Origin: a bacterium
GTDB lineage: Archaea > Thermoplasmatota > E2 > JACPAO01 > JAHFTW01
Direction of reading: 5' to 3'
Length of the DNA stretch: 64,000 nucleotides
Assembly (NCBI GenBank): GCA_040390065.1
Contig: JAZJZE010000005.1
Location: forward strand, 385,521-449,520
Positions 1 to 9,686 of this stretch are shown one piece after another. Below the pieces are notes generated by a model that saw nothing but the letters and a program-made list of their open reading frames with translations, was not told the origin of the DNA and did not search any database. The position numbers and the translations under genes were made by a program. The stretch's first letter is position 1. The number at the start of each line of letters is the position of its first letter.

Positions 1-405
1 CCACCAGCCCAGCCCGGGATGCGCTTCGATGACCTGCGCGTCGACGCCGTCCGCCGCGCCGAACGTCTTGGTCCCCCAAAACGGTGTATCGAGCGGCCAG
101 AACCAGGCCGATGCAAGGGCGCCAATCATGAGGGCCGTGGCGACACCCAAATCGCGACGCCATGCCTTGGGCTCGTGCACGATGGACCTCGCCGCCAGGC
201 GGACGAAGAGGAACGGGATGGGCAGGATGGCCAGGGCATCCGTCACCCAGACGGCCTTGAGGTTGAGGTCCCCTGGTGGTCGTGACCAGAGGCCGAAGCC
301 GTCGCTGGCGCCGAATGTCTGGTTCGTGGCGACCCACCACGTCAGGAACAAGGCCGTGATCTGCAGCAGCATCGCCATGCCTGCGAGGAAGCTGGCGCGG
401 CGCAT
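1..405 (-). CDS. Membrane protein, runs off the left edge of the window
   Basis: Own translation from ATG 405: MRRASFLAGMAMLLQITALFLTWW...HPGLGWW. Open to position 1 with three hydrophobic segments. Not in the ORF track because there is no stop. Confidence 0.65.
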   Translation of the reverse strand, partial: MRRASFLAGMAMLLQITALFLTWWVATNQTFGASDGFGLWSRPPGDLNLKAVWVTDALAILPIPFLFVRLAARSIVHEPKAWRRDLGVATALMIGALASAWFWPLDTPFWGTKTFGAADGVDAQVIEAHPGLGWW

Positions 406-474
406 GCGCAGCGGTTGGTCGACAGCGGCTTCGTCCGTGTGTCGGCGACGGCGGGCCAAGCCATGACCCTTGTG

Positions 475-837
475 CTAATGCGCAGATTGGACGGCGAGGG
501 CGGCCACCTCCCGACCTGAGACGATGGCCAAGATCTCCGGGCCGTACGTGGCGACCTTGGCGGGGCCCATGCCGCGGATGGCCTGCAGTTGCTCGAGGTC
601 GGTCGGCATAGCTGCCTCGATGGCGTGCAGCACGGCGTCGGTGGCGATGATGTAGGGCGGCAGGCCCTTGCTGCGAGCCTGCTCGGTCCGCCATTGCCGT
701 AGCGCCGCAAACGTCGGGCTGCTGACCTGAGGCGCAGGGCTGGGCTTTGCGGCACCGGCCCTGAGTTCCTGGAGGGCTTCCTCGATGCGGACGACGGCGC
801 GTTCAATCTCGGGCGCAAGGGTGTATGCTTCACGCAT
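475..837 (-). CDS. Stand-alone HRDC domain protein
   Basis: FAALRQWRTEQARSKGLPPYII..DAVL..I....P.....L..IRGMGPAKVATYGPEIL is the HRDC signature. Start uncertain (837 or 864). Confidence 0.8.
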   Translation of the reverse strand: MREAYTLAPEIERAVVRIEEALQELRAGAAKPSPAPQVSSPTFAALRQWRTEQARSKGLPPYIIATDAVLHAIEAAMPTDLEQLQAIRGMGPAKVATYGPEILAIVSGREVAALAVQSAH

Positions 838-908
838 GAGGAGGACCAACGCGCCTGCAACCAAGAGTGGCGACGCTCAGGCCAGCGTGTGGCCGAGTTC
901 GCCGACCT

Positions 909-2393
909 CTACGCGTGCACGGGAGCCGGGCCGCCTGCAGGGGGTCCATGTGCCTTGCGCAACAGGAGGGCTGCCAGGATGGCTGCGATGGCCGCAAAGA
1001 CGGCACCGACGAGGAACGCCGCGTGGTACCCCGAGTTGAGCGCCGCTGCATCCGAGGCGCCGCCCAGGTCGGCCGTCCGGCTTGCGGCCAGGCTCGCGAG
1101 GATTGCAAGGCCCAGAGCGCCGCCCATCATGAACGAGGTGTTGACGAGGCCGCTTGCTAGCCCACCTTCGTCCGGCTTGGCATCGCCCATTGCGGCAAGG
1201 AAGAGGGGATTGAACGCCATGCCCGCGCCGATACCAAGCAGGAGCATGCCTGGAAGGATGGCCGTGAGGAAGCGGCCGTCCAGCGGAGCCACGGCGAAGA
1301 GCAGGAGACCCGCCGCAGCAAGGGTCATCCCCGCGGCCACGGGGGCGCGGATGCCGAACCGGTGCACCATCTTGGCGGACAGGCCGACCGAGAAGGCGGC
1401 CATGACGACGTCGGCTGGAACGAAGGCGAAGCCGGTCTTCTGCGCGTCGTAGTGCAGAATGTTCTGCATGTAGAGCGAGGACAGGAAGAACCAGGCGAAC
1501 ATGGCAGCAGCCCAGAGCATGCCGATGGCGTTGGAGGCCTGGATGCTGCGCTTGCGAAACAGTTCCAACGGGACGAGCGGGTTGCGTACGGTGCGCTCGA
1601 TCCATATGAAGAGGGCAAGCAGTGCCGCGGAGACGCCGAGTCGCAGGAGCGTGGTGCGCGAGGTCCAACCCAAGTCCTTCGCTTCGACGACGGCGTAGAC
1701 GGCGAGCAGCAGCGACGAAGTGACCGTGATGGCGCCGGCGACGTCGATGCGGCCGGTGGCGATGCCTGGCGTGCGGGGCAGGAGGGCGCGCGTGGCCATG
1801 AACACGGCGACCCCGATGGGGACATTGACGAGGAAGTTCCAGTGCCAGTCGAAGTGCGCGGTGATGAAGCCGCCCGCGACGGCGCCGACCGCCCCGCCGC
1901 CGGATGCCACGAAGGCGAAGATGCCCATGGCCTTGACGCGGTCCGGCCCGTCCGGGAACAGGTCCATGATGAGGGCCAGTGACACCGCCGTGACGAGGGC
2001 TGCGCCGAGGCCTTGGATGGCCCGGGCCACGATGAGGGCGGTCGACGACTGCGCTAGGCCGCAGGCCAAGGAGGCAAGCGTGAAGACGGCGAGGCCGACG
2101 AGGAACAAGCGCCGGCGGCCGTACAGGTCGCCCAACCGCCCGGAGAGGAGAAGGAAGCCGCCAAAGGTCAGCATGTACGCGTTGATGACCCATGCCAGGC
2201 CCGCGTCCGAGAAATGCAACGAGTCGTGGATGGGCTTGAGGGCGATGTTGGCAATCGTCGTGTCGAGCACGTTCATCAGGGTCGCCAGGCAGAGCACGCC
2301 AAAGGCGAGCCAGCGCCGCGCGTCGGCGTGGGCCGCGCCGATCTGGGCCGGGGGGGCAGGAATCGTCTGCTGGGCGGGGTCGGGTGAATCCAT
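909..2393 (-). CDS. DHA2 (EmrB/QacA) family MFS efflux transporter
   Basis: About 14 TM; LDTTIANIAL, WVINAY, GRLGDLYGRRR (motif A), WHWNFLVNVPIG. Confidence 0.92.
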   Translation of the reverse strand: MDSPDPAQQTIPAPPAQIGAAHADARRWLAFGVLCLATLMNVLDTTIANIALKPIHDSLHFSDAGLAWVINAYMLTFGGFLLLSGRLGDLYGRRRLFLVGLAVFTLASLACGLAQSSTALIVARAIQGLGAALVTAVSLALIMDLFPDGPDRVKAMGIFAFVASGGGAVGAVAGGFITAHFDWHWNFLVNVPIGVAVFMATRALLPRTPGIATGRIDVAGAITVTSSLLLAVYAVVEAKDLGWTSRTTLLRLGVSAALLALFIWIERTVRNPLVPLELFRKRSIQASNAIGMLWAAAMFAWFFLSSLYMQNILHYDAQKTGFAFVPADVVMAAFSVGLSAKMVHRFGIRAPVAAGMTLAAAGLLLFAVAPLDGRFLTAILPGMLLLGIGAGMAFNPLFLAAMGDAKPDEGGLASGLVNTSFMMGGALGLAILASLAASRTADLGGASDAAALNSGYHAAFLVGAVFAAIAAILAALLLRKAHGPPAGGPAPVHA

Positions 2394-2489
2394 GGTCGTC
2401 GGGTCTCGTCGTTGACGCCGTGCTCAGGCATCAGGCCTTGGGTTGTTGGAGGGGATGGGTGAAAGTGGAGAAGGGAAATGGCCGGTTCG

Positions 2490-3299
2490 TCACAGGCCGA
2501 ACGCCTCGACCAGCGCGGGCCGGAGCGCCGCGGGCTTGACGCCGTGGTTCTGCTTGGGCAAGACCTTCGTTGCAGCCCCCGGGATTGCCGCGGCTGCGTC
2601 CTGCGCCGCCTTCTGTAGCGACGCCGGCGACTTCGTGCCCCAAAGGACGACGACCGGAGTCTTGATGCGGCCGAACCGCGCCGTCGGGACTTTGAACCCG
2701 TTCAGGGCAGCCGCATCGTAGGGCAGCGTGTGCGCCGCAGCGACGGCGGTCTTCCAGAACTTCATCATCCGCATGAAGGGGATCATGAACCCGGGAACGC
2801 CGACGGTGCGCATGAACAGGACCACCGCTTGGTCGCGCTTGCCGGCGGCCACCAAGTCGTTGACCTTGCGCTCGTACTCGGGATCCATGTCCGTGACGTA
2901 CGGCGGTTCGTGCGCGGCGAGCATGCGCATCGGAACTCCCGCTGCAGCGGCCTCCAGGGCAAGCGCCGCCCCTGACGACGTGGCGCAGACGAAGGGCTTG
3001 CCGCCTGCGGCTTGGCAGATGGCGGCAAGGTCCTCCACTTCGCGCTGCACGGCGAACGGCTTGGTGTCACCGGACTCGCCGCGGCCGCGCCGGTCGTAGT
3101 CGTAGACCGTGAACGACTTGGCCAGTTCTTCGCGCATGCGGCGGGTGAACGGCGAGTCACGCACGCCGAGGGCACCCCAGACGAAGACCAGGGCCGGACC
3201 GCTGCCTACAATCTCGTAGGCTAGGCGCGTGCCGTCCTTCGACGTGACGCTGCGTGACGCCTGCGCGCTTTCCTCCCTCTTGGTGGTGGATTGAGCCAA
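2490..3299 (-). CDS. Alpha/beta hydrolase
   Basis: SKDGTRLAYE..GSGPALV, YDRRGRGES, nucleophile elbow ATSSGA, C-terminal His (QNH). Confidence 0.85.
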   Translation of the reverse strand: MAQSTTKREESAQASRSVTSKDGTRLAYEIVGSGPALVFVWGALGVRDSPFTRRMREELAKSFTVYDYDRRGRGESGDTKPFAVQREVEDLAAICQAAGGKPFVCATSSGAALALEAAAAGVPMRMLAAHEPPYVTDMDPEYERKVNDLVAAGKRDQAVVLFMRTVGVPGFMIPFMRMMKFWKTAVAAAHTLPYDAAALNGFKVPTARFGRIKTPVVVLWGTKSPASLQKAAQDAAAAIPGAATKVLPKQNHGVKPAALRPALVEAFGL

Positions 3300-3308
3300 G
3301 ACGTCACC

Positions 3309-3881
3309 TCAGAAGGGCAGCTCGGCTTCGCACAGGTTGGCAAGGTTGTCGAGGCTCTGGCTCCAGCCGTACGGGGCGCCGTCGGCGGCGGGGCCGGCCG
3401 GGATGCCTTCCTGCAGGATGGTGAGTTCGGTGCCGCCCTTGACGGGCTTGAAGTCGATCGTGACCTGCATCTTGGCGTTGGCCATGACGGGGTCGTCGGA
3501 CTCGAAGGCGGTGGCGTAGCGGATGCGCTTGCCGGGCACGAGTTCCTGGTAGGTCCCGGTGAACGAGTGCCCCCACGCGCGGTTGATGGTGGCGAAGCGC
3601 ATGCGGTAGCCGCCGCCGACTTTCGGGTCGCTTCGGTCGACGTGGCCGGTGAAGCCGTGCGGCGGCAGCCACTTGACCATGGCATCGGCGTCGAGGAAGC
3701 AGTCGTAGATGCGCTGCGCCGGCGCCTTGATGACGCGCACGAGGCGCAGGCTGGTCGCCTTGCCTTTCGTCACGGTGGCCTTCGTGGCCCCGAGCGTCAG
3801 GTTGGTCGTCCCGGTCGGCAACGGCGGCGGGCCCTTGGGCGGGATCATGGTGCTGGCTTGGGTCTGCTTCTTGGCGGGCAT
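3309..3881 (-). CDS. SRPBCC/AHSA1 (START-like) domain protein
   Basis: RVIKAPAQRIY..F.D....KWLPP, DPKVGGGYRM, ELVPGKRI, GW.QSLDNL. Confidence 0.88.
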   Translation of the reverse strand: MPAKKQTQASTMIPPKGPPPLPTGTTNLTLGATKATVTKGKATSLRLVRVIKAPAQRIYDCFLDADAMVKWLPPHGFTGHVDRSDPKVGGGYRMRFATINRAWGHSFTGTYQELVPGKRIRYATAFESDDPVMANAKMQVTIDFKPVKGGTELTILQEGIPAGPAADGAPYGWSQSLDNLANLCEAELPF

Positions 3882-3886
3882 GGATT

Positions 3887-4276
3887 TCAGGTCTCCTTTG
3901 GTTTGGTGGTCTTGGAACGGCGCCGTGCAGGCGTCGGGGCCGGCGTCTCGACGGCGGCGGCGATGGCGTCCAGCGTGTCCTCCCAGAACAGGCGGTACTG
4001 CACGATCCAGGAGAACGCGGCCGACAAGGGCTTTGCCTTGAGGGCACAGCGGCGCACCCGGCCGTCCGGCGTCTGCTCCAGCAGGCCCGCGTCCTCCAGC
4101 ACCCGGAGGTGCTTCGAGATGGCGGGGCCGCTGACGTCGTGCGGTGCGGCGAGGTCGGCCACGGTGCAGTCGCCCCCCGAGAGGCGCGCCACGATGGAGC
4201 GCCGGATGGGGTGGGCGAGGGCCGAGAAGACCGCGTCGAGGTCCGCACGTTGTTCCTTAACCATCTGGTTAACCAT
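3887..4276 (-). CDS. ArsR/SmtB family transcriptional regulator
   Basis: LDAVFSALAHPIRRSI...SKHLRVLEDAGL...GRVRRC; directly upstream of the SRPBCC gene. Confidence 0.9.
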   Translation of the reverse strand: MVNQMVKEQRADLDAVFSALAHPIRRSIVARLSGGDCTVADLAAPHDVSGPAISKHLRVLEDAGLLEQTPDGRVRRCALKAKPLSAAFSWIVQYRLFWEDTLDAIAAAVETPAPTPARRRSKTTKPKET

Positions 4277-4308
4277 TAGGCAAGGGCAATACTTAACGAT
4301 TTGGTTAA
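4257..4308. promoter_or_regulatory. Two palindromic operators (putative ArsR autoregulation)
   Basis: TTAACCATCTGGTTAA at 4257-4272 (overlaps the first codons of the ArsR gene) and TTAACGATTTGGTTAA at 4293-4308. Confidence 0.65.
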
Positions 4309-4351
4309 GCGATGCGCCACGCGCCGAGCCCTGGGGCCAAGTGGCGTGCGG

Positions 4352-5692
4352 CTACGGGTCGATGGGCATGCGCGGCCCACTCGTCTGCACGACGACGTGC
4401 AGCGGCATCGAACCCGCCGCCAGGACCATCGCCTGGTCGTCGTTGCCCGACACGTCGCTCATGATCATGTACGCCCGGCCATCGGGGCCAAGCGCTGCGC
4501 CCTGCACGTGGCGCGACGGCTCGGGTCCAGCCTTCGTGGCGAGGTTGACGTCCTTCAGGACGACGTGGCCGTTCTCGACGAAGGCGTGACCGAAGTAGTA
4601 GTCTGCCTTGGTGCCGTCGACGAGGCCCCAGTACACGAGCGCGCCCGGGCCCCTGAGGTTGCCATCGATGTACAGAGCGCCGACCGGCTTGGGGAAGACG
4701 AAGCGGTCAACCGTGAAGTTGCGCCCGTCGTCCGTGCTGTGGGCCAACTCCAACGCGCCGCCGCTGGTCTCGTTGTTGTTGAACGCCGCGACGTACATCG
4801 TGCCGGCCTTGTCGAACGTGACCTGGCCGGAATCCATGACGGACGAAGCCGCCGTGCTGTCGAACTTCAGGACAGTGTGCTGTTCGACCGCCATGACATT
4901 CGTGGCGTGACCGGTCACGACGACCATCGAGTCGCCCTGGAGCTGCGGCACGGCGAAGAACAGGTCGTTGCGCATGCCGGGAATCCCCGGGATACCGCCG
5001 TTGCCGTTGCCGGCGCAGGTGTTCCACGTCGGGCCGGTCGCCGGAGTCGTGAGGCTTGCCGGCTGCGCGGGCGGGACCTTCATGGCGGCGACTTGCACGG
5101 GGCCACCGCCTGGGTTGTTGACCATGAGGAGCGTGCCGTTGGCGTACGCCGCCCACGGGCGGTCGTTGAGACTCGCCGTGCTGCAGGGGGCCATCAGGGC
5201 TGCCGCGCGGTCGTACCCGTTCGGGTTGTAGTAGCACTTGTCGGCGCCGTTGTTGCACCAGCCGTGCACGGGGTAGCTTGCGAGCGTCACGTCGACGCCC
5301 CAGGCCGTGCCATCGTTGCCGGCCACGATGAAGATCTCGTCGCTCGGCGGCGGCGTTCCCTGCTGCGAGCTGGACGGCACCGAACCGCTTGCCGCCACGG
5401 GCAGGGTGATCCACGTCTTGCCGTCGTCCTTGCTGTAGTACGCTGGCGCGCCGCCGGCGTCGACGCCCGTGGTGTGGGCGCTTACGTACAAGACGCCGGA
5501 GGGCGACACGTCGATCGTCGGCTCGTACAAGCCGTGGCCTTGGTGGATGGCTGGCAGGTCGAAAGTCGTGAAGTTCATGGCCTCGACGAGGGGCAGAGGC
5601 TGCACCGGGGGCGTGGTCGTCGTGGTCGCGGTCTCCGTCGTGCATCCGGCGAGGAGCAATCCCATGAGGGCCAAGCCAAGGGTCAGGCGCAT
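4352..5692 (-). CDS. Lipoprotein with BNR/Asp-box (sialidase-like propeller) repeats
   Basis: Lipobox LLAGC; Asp-box motifs YSKDDGKTW and HSTDDGRNF. Confidence 0.75.
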   Translation of the reverse strand: MRLTLGLALMGLLLAGCTTETATTTTTPPVQPLPLVEAMNFTTFDLPAIHQGHGLYEPTIDVSPSGVLYVSAHTTGVDAGGAPAYYSKDDGKTWITLPVAASGSVPSSSQQGTPPPSDEIFIVAGNDGTAWGVDVTLASYPVHGWCNNGADKCYYNPNGYDRAAALMAPCSTASLNDRPWAAYANGTLLMVNNPGGGPVQVAAMKVPPAQPASLTTPATGPTWNTCAGNGNGGIPGIPGMRNDLFFAVPQLQGDSMVVVTGHATNVMAVEQHTVLKFDSTAASSVMDSGQVTFDKAGTMYVAAFNNNETSGGALELAHSTDDGRNFTVDRFVFPKPVGALYIDGNLRGPGALVYWGLVDGTKADYYFGHAFVENGHVVLKDVNLATKAGPEPSRHVQGAALGPDGRAYMIMSDVSGNDDQAMVLAAGSMPLHVVVQTSGPRMPIDP

Positions 5693-5753
5693 AAGCGCGC
5701 GAGGCCGACTGGCCTGGATGAGGATTGTGGAGCCCCGCTGGCCCCCAGGGGGA

Positions 5754-6701
5754 CTATTTGGCGAGAGCCAGGGCCAGCTTCTCGAGGTTCTTCGTGACGC
5801 CCTGCCGCGAGCCTTCGCTGTGCTCGGCCGTCGCCAGGGGCCCCTGCTTGAACGTCAGTTTCGTGCCGCCGCCGGGCGTGGGTGCGAGGTCGATGGTGAT
5901 GGCCACCTTGTAGGGCTTCTCGCCCGGGCCGAGGAAGATGTCGAACAGCCATTCCTGCGCCAGGCGGCGGTTGGGGACCACTTCCGTGTAGTGGCCGTGG
6001 TTGACCAGTGTCACCTTGGCGTCCTTCATCTCGATGGCGTACTCGCCGCCGACGCGGACGTCCAGCTTGCGCACGGCCAACGCATAGCCCATGTCATGCG
6101 CCGCCACCGCCCACCAGGACATGATGCCCTCCTTCGTCGTCCACATCTTCCACACCTTCTCGGGAGCCGCCTTGAACGTGCGCTCGATGGTGAAGCCCAC
6201 GTTTGGGCCAGCGGCCTTCGGCAGGGCCGCGCCAGTCCCGAGCAAGCCCTCGAGGTGGTCGAAGCCTTGGTTCCAACCCTTGGTGGCCATGGCGTGGTAT
6301 TCGCCGGGCACGCCAGTCACGGTGACGATCATGCGCGTCATCTTGGCTGACATCGGCACGAACTGCACCTGGATCAGGAACGACTTGTCGGGCGAGCCCG
6401 AGACGATCTCGTTGGGCTTGTCGAGCTTGTGGAAGACGCCTTCCTGCGGATTCTTGTTGCCGTCCGGCTGGGGCATGTCGAAGCGGATCTTGCCGCCGAC
6501 GCGGACGTCGAATTCGTGGATGACCAGGTCGAGCGGCGCGGGGTTGAACCATTTGGCGTACTTCTTCGGGTCGGTCCAGTAGGCCCACAGGGTCTCCGGC
6601 GTTGCGTTGAAGGCGCGCTCGAGGGTCAGTCTTGCTGCCGGCTTGGCCGAGCCCGGGGCGTTCGTCTTCGTCGTCTGCTTGGTGGTCGTCGTCATCGTCA
6701 T
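5754..6701 (-). CDS. Tandem double SRPBCC/AHSA1 domain protein
   Basis: Two repeats of ER.F.A.PE..W..WT...DVRVGG; ATG 6701 overlaps the ArsR stop (ATGA). Confidence 0.88.
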   Translation of the reverse strand: MTMTTTTKQTTKTNAPGSAKPAARLTLERAFNATPETLWAYWTDPKKYAKWFNPAPLDLVIHEFDVRVGGKIRFDMPQPDGNKNPQEGVFHKLDKPNEIVSGSPDKSFLIQVQFVPMSAKMTRMIVTVTGVPGEYHAMATKGWNQGFDHLEGLLGTGAALPKAAGPNVGFTIERTFKAAPEKVWKMWTTKEGIMSWWAVAAHDMGYALAVRKLDVRVGGEYAIEMKDAKVTLVNHGHYTEVVPNRRLAQEWLFDIFLGPGEKPYKVAITIDLAPTPGGGTKLTFKQGPLATAEHSEGSRQGVTKNLEKLALALAK

Positions 6702-7015
6702 TCCTCCATGTCTTCGGCGAGTGCTTCTTCGAGGCGGTCGAACGCCGCGTTCCAGCGCTGCGCGGACTGCTTGATCCAATCGGATGCGCGCTCCAACCCG
6801 TGCGCCCGTAGACGGACGTGTCGGCTGCGGCCATGCTTGCGTGTCGCCACGAGGCCTGCCTCCTCGAGGACGCGGACGTGCTTCTGCACGGCCATGAGCG
6901 TGATGGGCAACGGCTGTGCCAGTTGGCTCAGGGTCTTCTCGCCGCGCTCCAGCTGCACCAACAGTTGGCGCCGGGTCGGGTCGGCAAGGGCGGAGAAGGT
7001 GCGGTCCAGGTCCAC
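6698..7015 (-). CDS. ArsR family transcriptional regulator
   Basis: LDRTFSALADPTRRQLL...QKHVRVLEEAGLV; GTG start at 7015. Confidence 0.88.
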   Translation of the reverse strand: MDLDRTFSALADPTRRQLLVQLERGEKTLSQLAQPLPITLMAVQKHVRVLEEAGLVATRKHGRSRHVRLRAHGLERASDWIKQSAQRWNAAFDRLEEALAEDMEE

Positions 7016-7017
7016 GC

Positions 7018-7033
7018 TAAACCAATAGGTTGA
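7018..7033. promoter_or_regulatory. Imperfect palindromic ArsR-type operator
   Basis: TAAACCAATAGGTTGA has the same AACC-N4-GGTT core as 4257-4272 and lies immediately upstream of the second ArsR gene. Confidence 0.5.
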
Positions 7034-7121
7034 ATGATAATGTAAACGTTTCCGCGGGGGCAGACGCGGGGCCACACGCCGCGGCCCGAAGCCTCATAGC
7101 CCAACCTCCGCGTCCACGCGC

Positions 7122-7577
7122 ATGGCCAGCATCACGCCGTTTCTGTGGTATGACACCCAAGCCGAGGACGCAGCACGCTTCTACTGTGGGATCTTCCCGG
7201 ACTCCGGCGTCGACCGTGTCATGAAGGGCCCGGACGGCAAGGCGTTCGGCCTCGAGTTCCACCTGGGAGGCCAGAGCTTCATGGCCTTGAACGGCGGTCC
7301 CATGTACAAGTTCACGCCGGCCATCTCCCTCTACGTCAACTGCAAGGACCAGAAGGAGGTCGACACGCTGTGGGCGAAGCTGTCCGCCGTGCCCAAGGCG
7401 GAGCAGTGCGGCTGGATCGTCGACAAGTACGGACTCTCCTGGCAAATCATCCCGGAGGCGCTGCCGCGGCTGCTTGGCGACAAGGACCCGGCCAAGGCCG
7501 GCCGCGCCATGCAGGCCATGATGCAGATGAAGAAGATCGACGTCAAGGCCCTGGAACGGGCGGCCGCCGGCAAGTAG
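7122..7577 (+). CDS. VOC family protein (PhnB/3-demethylubiquinone-9 methyltransferase-like)
   Basis: ITPFLWYD.QAEDAA.FY, ALNGGP.YKFTPAIS, CGW..DKYGLSWQI, AMMQMKKID. Confidence 0.9.
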   Translation: MASITPFLWYDTQAEDAARFYCGIFPDSGVDRVMKGPDGKAFGLEFHLGGQSFMALNGGPMYKFTPAISLYVNCKDQKEVDTLWAKLSAVPKAEQCGWIVDKYGLSWQIIPEALPRLLGDKDPAKAGRAMQAMMQMKKIDVKALERAAAGK

Positions 7578-7608
7578 CCGCGGCCAACGGATCCCCGTCC
7601 AGGCAGAC

Positions 7609-8046
7609 TCAGGCCCCGGCCGCCTTCTTCACGAGGGCGACGATGGCCTTCTCCTCGGCCGGCCCAATCCCGGTGAGGCCGAACGACGTCGGCCACATGC
7701 GGCCGTCATCCAGCTTGGCATGTTGGTTGAACCCGAGCGTGGCGTAGCGTTCCTTGAACTTCTGCGCCGCCTTGAAGAACACGACGACGCGGTCGCCGTC
7801 GGCGTAGGCCGGCATGCCATACCACGTGCGGCAGGTCAGCCCCGGAGCCGTCGACCGGACAAGCTTGTGCAGCCGCTCAGCCAGCCCGCGGTCGGCGGGC
7901 GCCATGGCCTTGATGGCCGCCATCACGGCCGCCTCACCGTCTTCGCCTGCGGCCTGGCGCGCCCGTTCGCGCATCGTTTCCTTCATGGCATCCCGTTCCT
8001 CCTTCGACAAGCCGACCTTGCCTGCCGCCTTGGCCTTGACCGCCAT
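7609..8046 (-). CDS. DUF1801 (YdhG-like) protein
   Basis: TWYGMPAYA, KFKERYATLGF...A.LDDG.MWPTSF. Confidence 0.82.
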   Translation of the reverse strand: MAVKAKAAGKVGLSKEERDAMKETMRERARQAAGEDGEAAVMAAIKAMAPADRGLAERLHKLVRSTAPGLTCRTWYGMPAYADGDRVVVFFKAAQKFKERYATLGFNQHAKLDDGRMWPTSFGLTGIGPAEEKAIVALVKKAAGA

Positions 8047-8048
8047 GG

Positions 8049-8516
8049 TCAGGCCTCCTTCAGGAAGGTCGCCAGGTTCTGCATCGCCATGTGGGCGCCG
8101 GCCAGTGCGCCGTACTTGACCATGGTGTCGCGGTGTTCCTTCGTTTCGCAGACGTTGGTGAGCGTGAGGTGGGTCTTTCCCCCGGCTTCGCGCAAGTCGA
8201 CCGTGGCGGTGACCTTCTGGGGTTGGCCTTCGATCTCGAACGTGTAGACCAGGCGCGTCACCGGTTTCACCTCGACGTAGGAACCGTGGAACACCATCTC
8301 ACGGCCGTCGGGGTTGCGCTGCAGGAAACGCCACGCGCCGCCGGGGCGGACATCCATCCTGTCGACGCGGATCGAGCCGCCCTTCGGGGCCCACCAAGCG
8401 GCAATCTGCTTGGGATCCGTGTAGGCAGCGAAGATCTTGGCGGCGGGGGCGTCGAATTCGTGCGTGACGGCAAATTCGCGGTCGGAGAGGACTTTCGTGG
8501 TTTGGTTGCTTGACAT
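8049..8516 (-). CDS. SRPBCC/AHSA1 domain protein
   Basis: SDREF...EFDAP...F.AYTDP, MDVRPGGAWRF, RLVYTFE; start ATG 8516. Confidence 0.88.
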   Translation of the reverse strand: MSSNQTTKVLSDREFAVTHEFDAPAAKIFAAYTDPKQIAAWWAPKGGSIRVDRMDVRPGGAWRFLQRNPDGREMVFHGSYVEVKPVTRLVYTFEIEGQPQKVTATVDLREAGGKTHLTLTNVCETKEHRDTMVKYGALAGAHMAMQNLATFLKEA

Positions 8517-8521
8517 GGGGT

Positions 8522-8860
8522 TCACTTCCTTGGATGCTTGCTTCGATTCTTGGACATTGGCCCATCGACAAAGTCGGCTAGTCGCTCGAGACGCTCGCGC
8601 TCCGCGTGGGCGTAACGGCGCACCCAGGCCTCCAGTTCGCGCAGTGGCTCGGGCCGCAGCGAGTACATGCGGCGCTGGCCATCGGGTCGCGCCCTCACCA
8701 GCCTCGCCTCGCTGAGGATGCGCAGGTGGCGCGAAACGCCGGGTTGGGCCAGGCGGACCTCGGCGACGAGTCCGTTGACGGAACGCTCGCCGTCGTGCAA
8801 GATCTCCACGAGGCGCCGGCGCGTGGGGTCCGCGAGCACCGCAAAGAGAGCAACATGCAC
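8522..8860 (-). CDS. ArsR family transcriptional regulator
   Basis: FAVLADPTRRRLV...QPGVSRHLRILSEARLV...GQRRMYSL; GTG start at 8860. Confidence 0.88.
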   Translation of the reverse strand: MHVALFAVLADPTRRRLVEILHDGERSVNGLVAEVRLAQPGVSRHLRILSEARLVRARPDGQRRMYSLRPEPLRELEAWVRRYAHAERERLERLADFVDGPMSKNRSKHPRK

Positions 8861-9062
8861 AAACGTGTATATGTCTGATAATGAATATGATGTTTTGCCA
8901 CGCGACGTGCGGGCTGGCCCGCCCATGCCGCCCGTTCAATCGAGCCGACGGTTGGCGCGGCTACAGGGACGCAACGGAATGGTCTGCAACTGGTCGTCCG
9001 CCCGCGTGGCAAGGGCTAAACGCCATTGGCTGGATTGCGCGGCGACCCGCGGGAGTCCAATC

Positions 9063-9686
9063 ATGGGAAAACTCGTCGTCGACATGTTCACCACCCTCGA
9101 TGGCGTCGTCCAGGCGCCCGGCGGCCCGCGCGAAGACACCTCCGGCGGGTTCCAGCACGGCGGCTGGCAAGGCCCGTTCTTCGACGATGCATCCGGAGCG
9201 GTGATGGCGAAAGGCTTTGCAACGTTCGATGCGCTGCTCCTTGGACGCAAGACATACGACATTTTCGCCGCGTACTGGCCCAAGCAGCCCAAGAACGCGT
9301 TCTCCGGGCAACTGAACTCGGTCCCCAAGTACGTCGCGTCCCGCACGCTCAAGAAGCTGGAGTGGCGGAACTCGCAACTCATCGAAGGCGATGTCGCCCA
9401 GGCGGTCCCCAAGCTGACGCAGAAGCACAAGGAGGTCCGCGTGATCGGGAGCGCCAACCTCGTCCAGACGCTCCTGAAGCACGACCTCGTCGACAGGTTC
9501 AACCTCTGGGTGTACCCCATCGTGCTCGGCTCGGGCAAGCGACTGTTCGGCGACGGCGCCGTCCCCGCCCGGTTGAAGCTCGTCGAGGCGACCTCGTTTG
9601 CCGGGGGCGCCGTCCACCTCGTCTACGAAGCGGCAGGGAAACCCACGTACGTCGACATGACGACTCAAACCCTGAAGACGGACTGA
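9063..9686 (+). CDS. Dihydrofolate reductase-like / RibD C-terminal domain protein
   Basis: TLDGVVQAPGG, LLLGRKTY, KYVASRTL, GSANLVQTLL, PIVLGSGKRLF. Confidence 0.9.
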   Translation: MGKLVVDMFTTLDGVVQAPGGPREDTSGGFQHGGWQGPFFDDASGAVMAKGFATFDALLLGRKTYDIFAAYWPKQPKNAFSGQLNSVPKYVASRTLKKLEWRNSQLIEGDVAQAVPKLTQKHKEVRVIGSANLVQTLLKHDLVDRFNLWVYPIVLGSGKRLFGDGAVPARLKLVEATSFAGGAVHLVYEAAGKPTYVDMTTQTLKTD

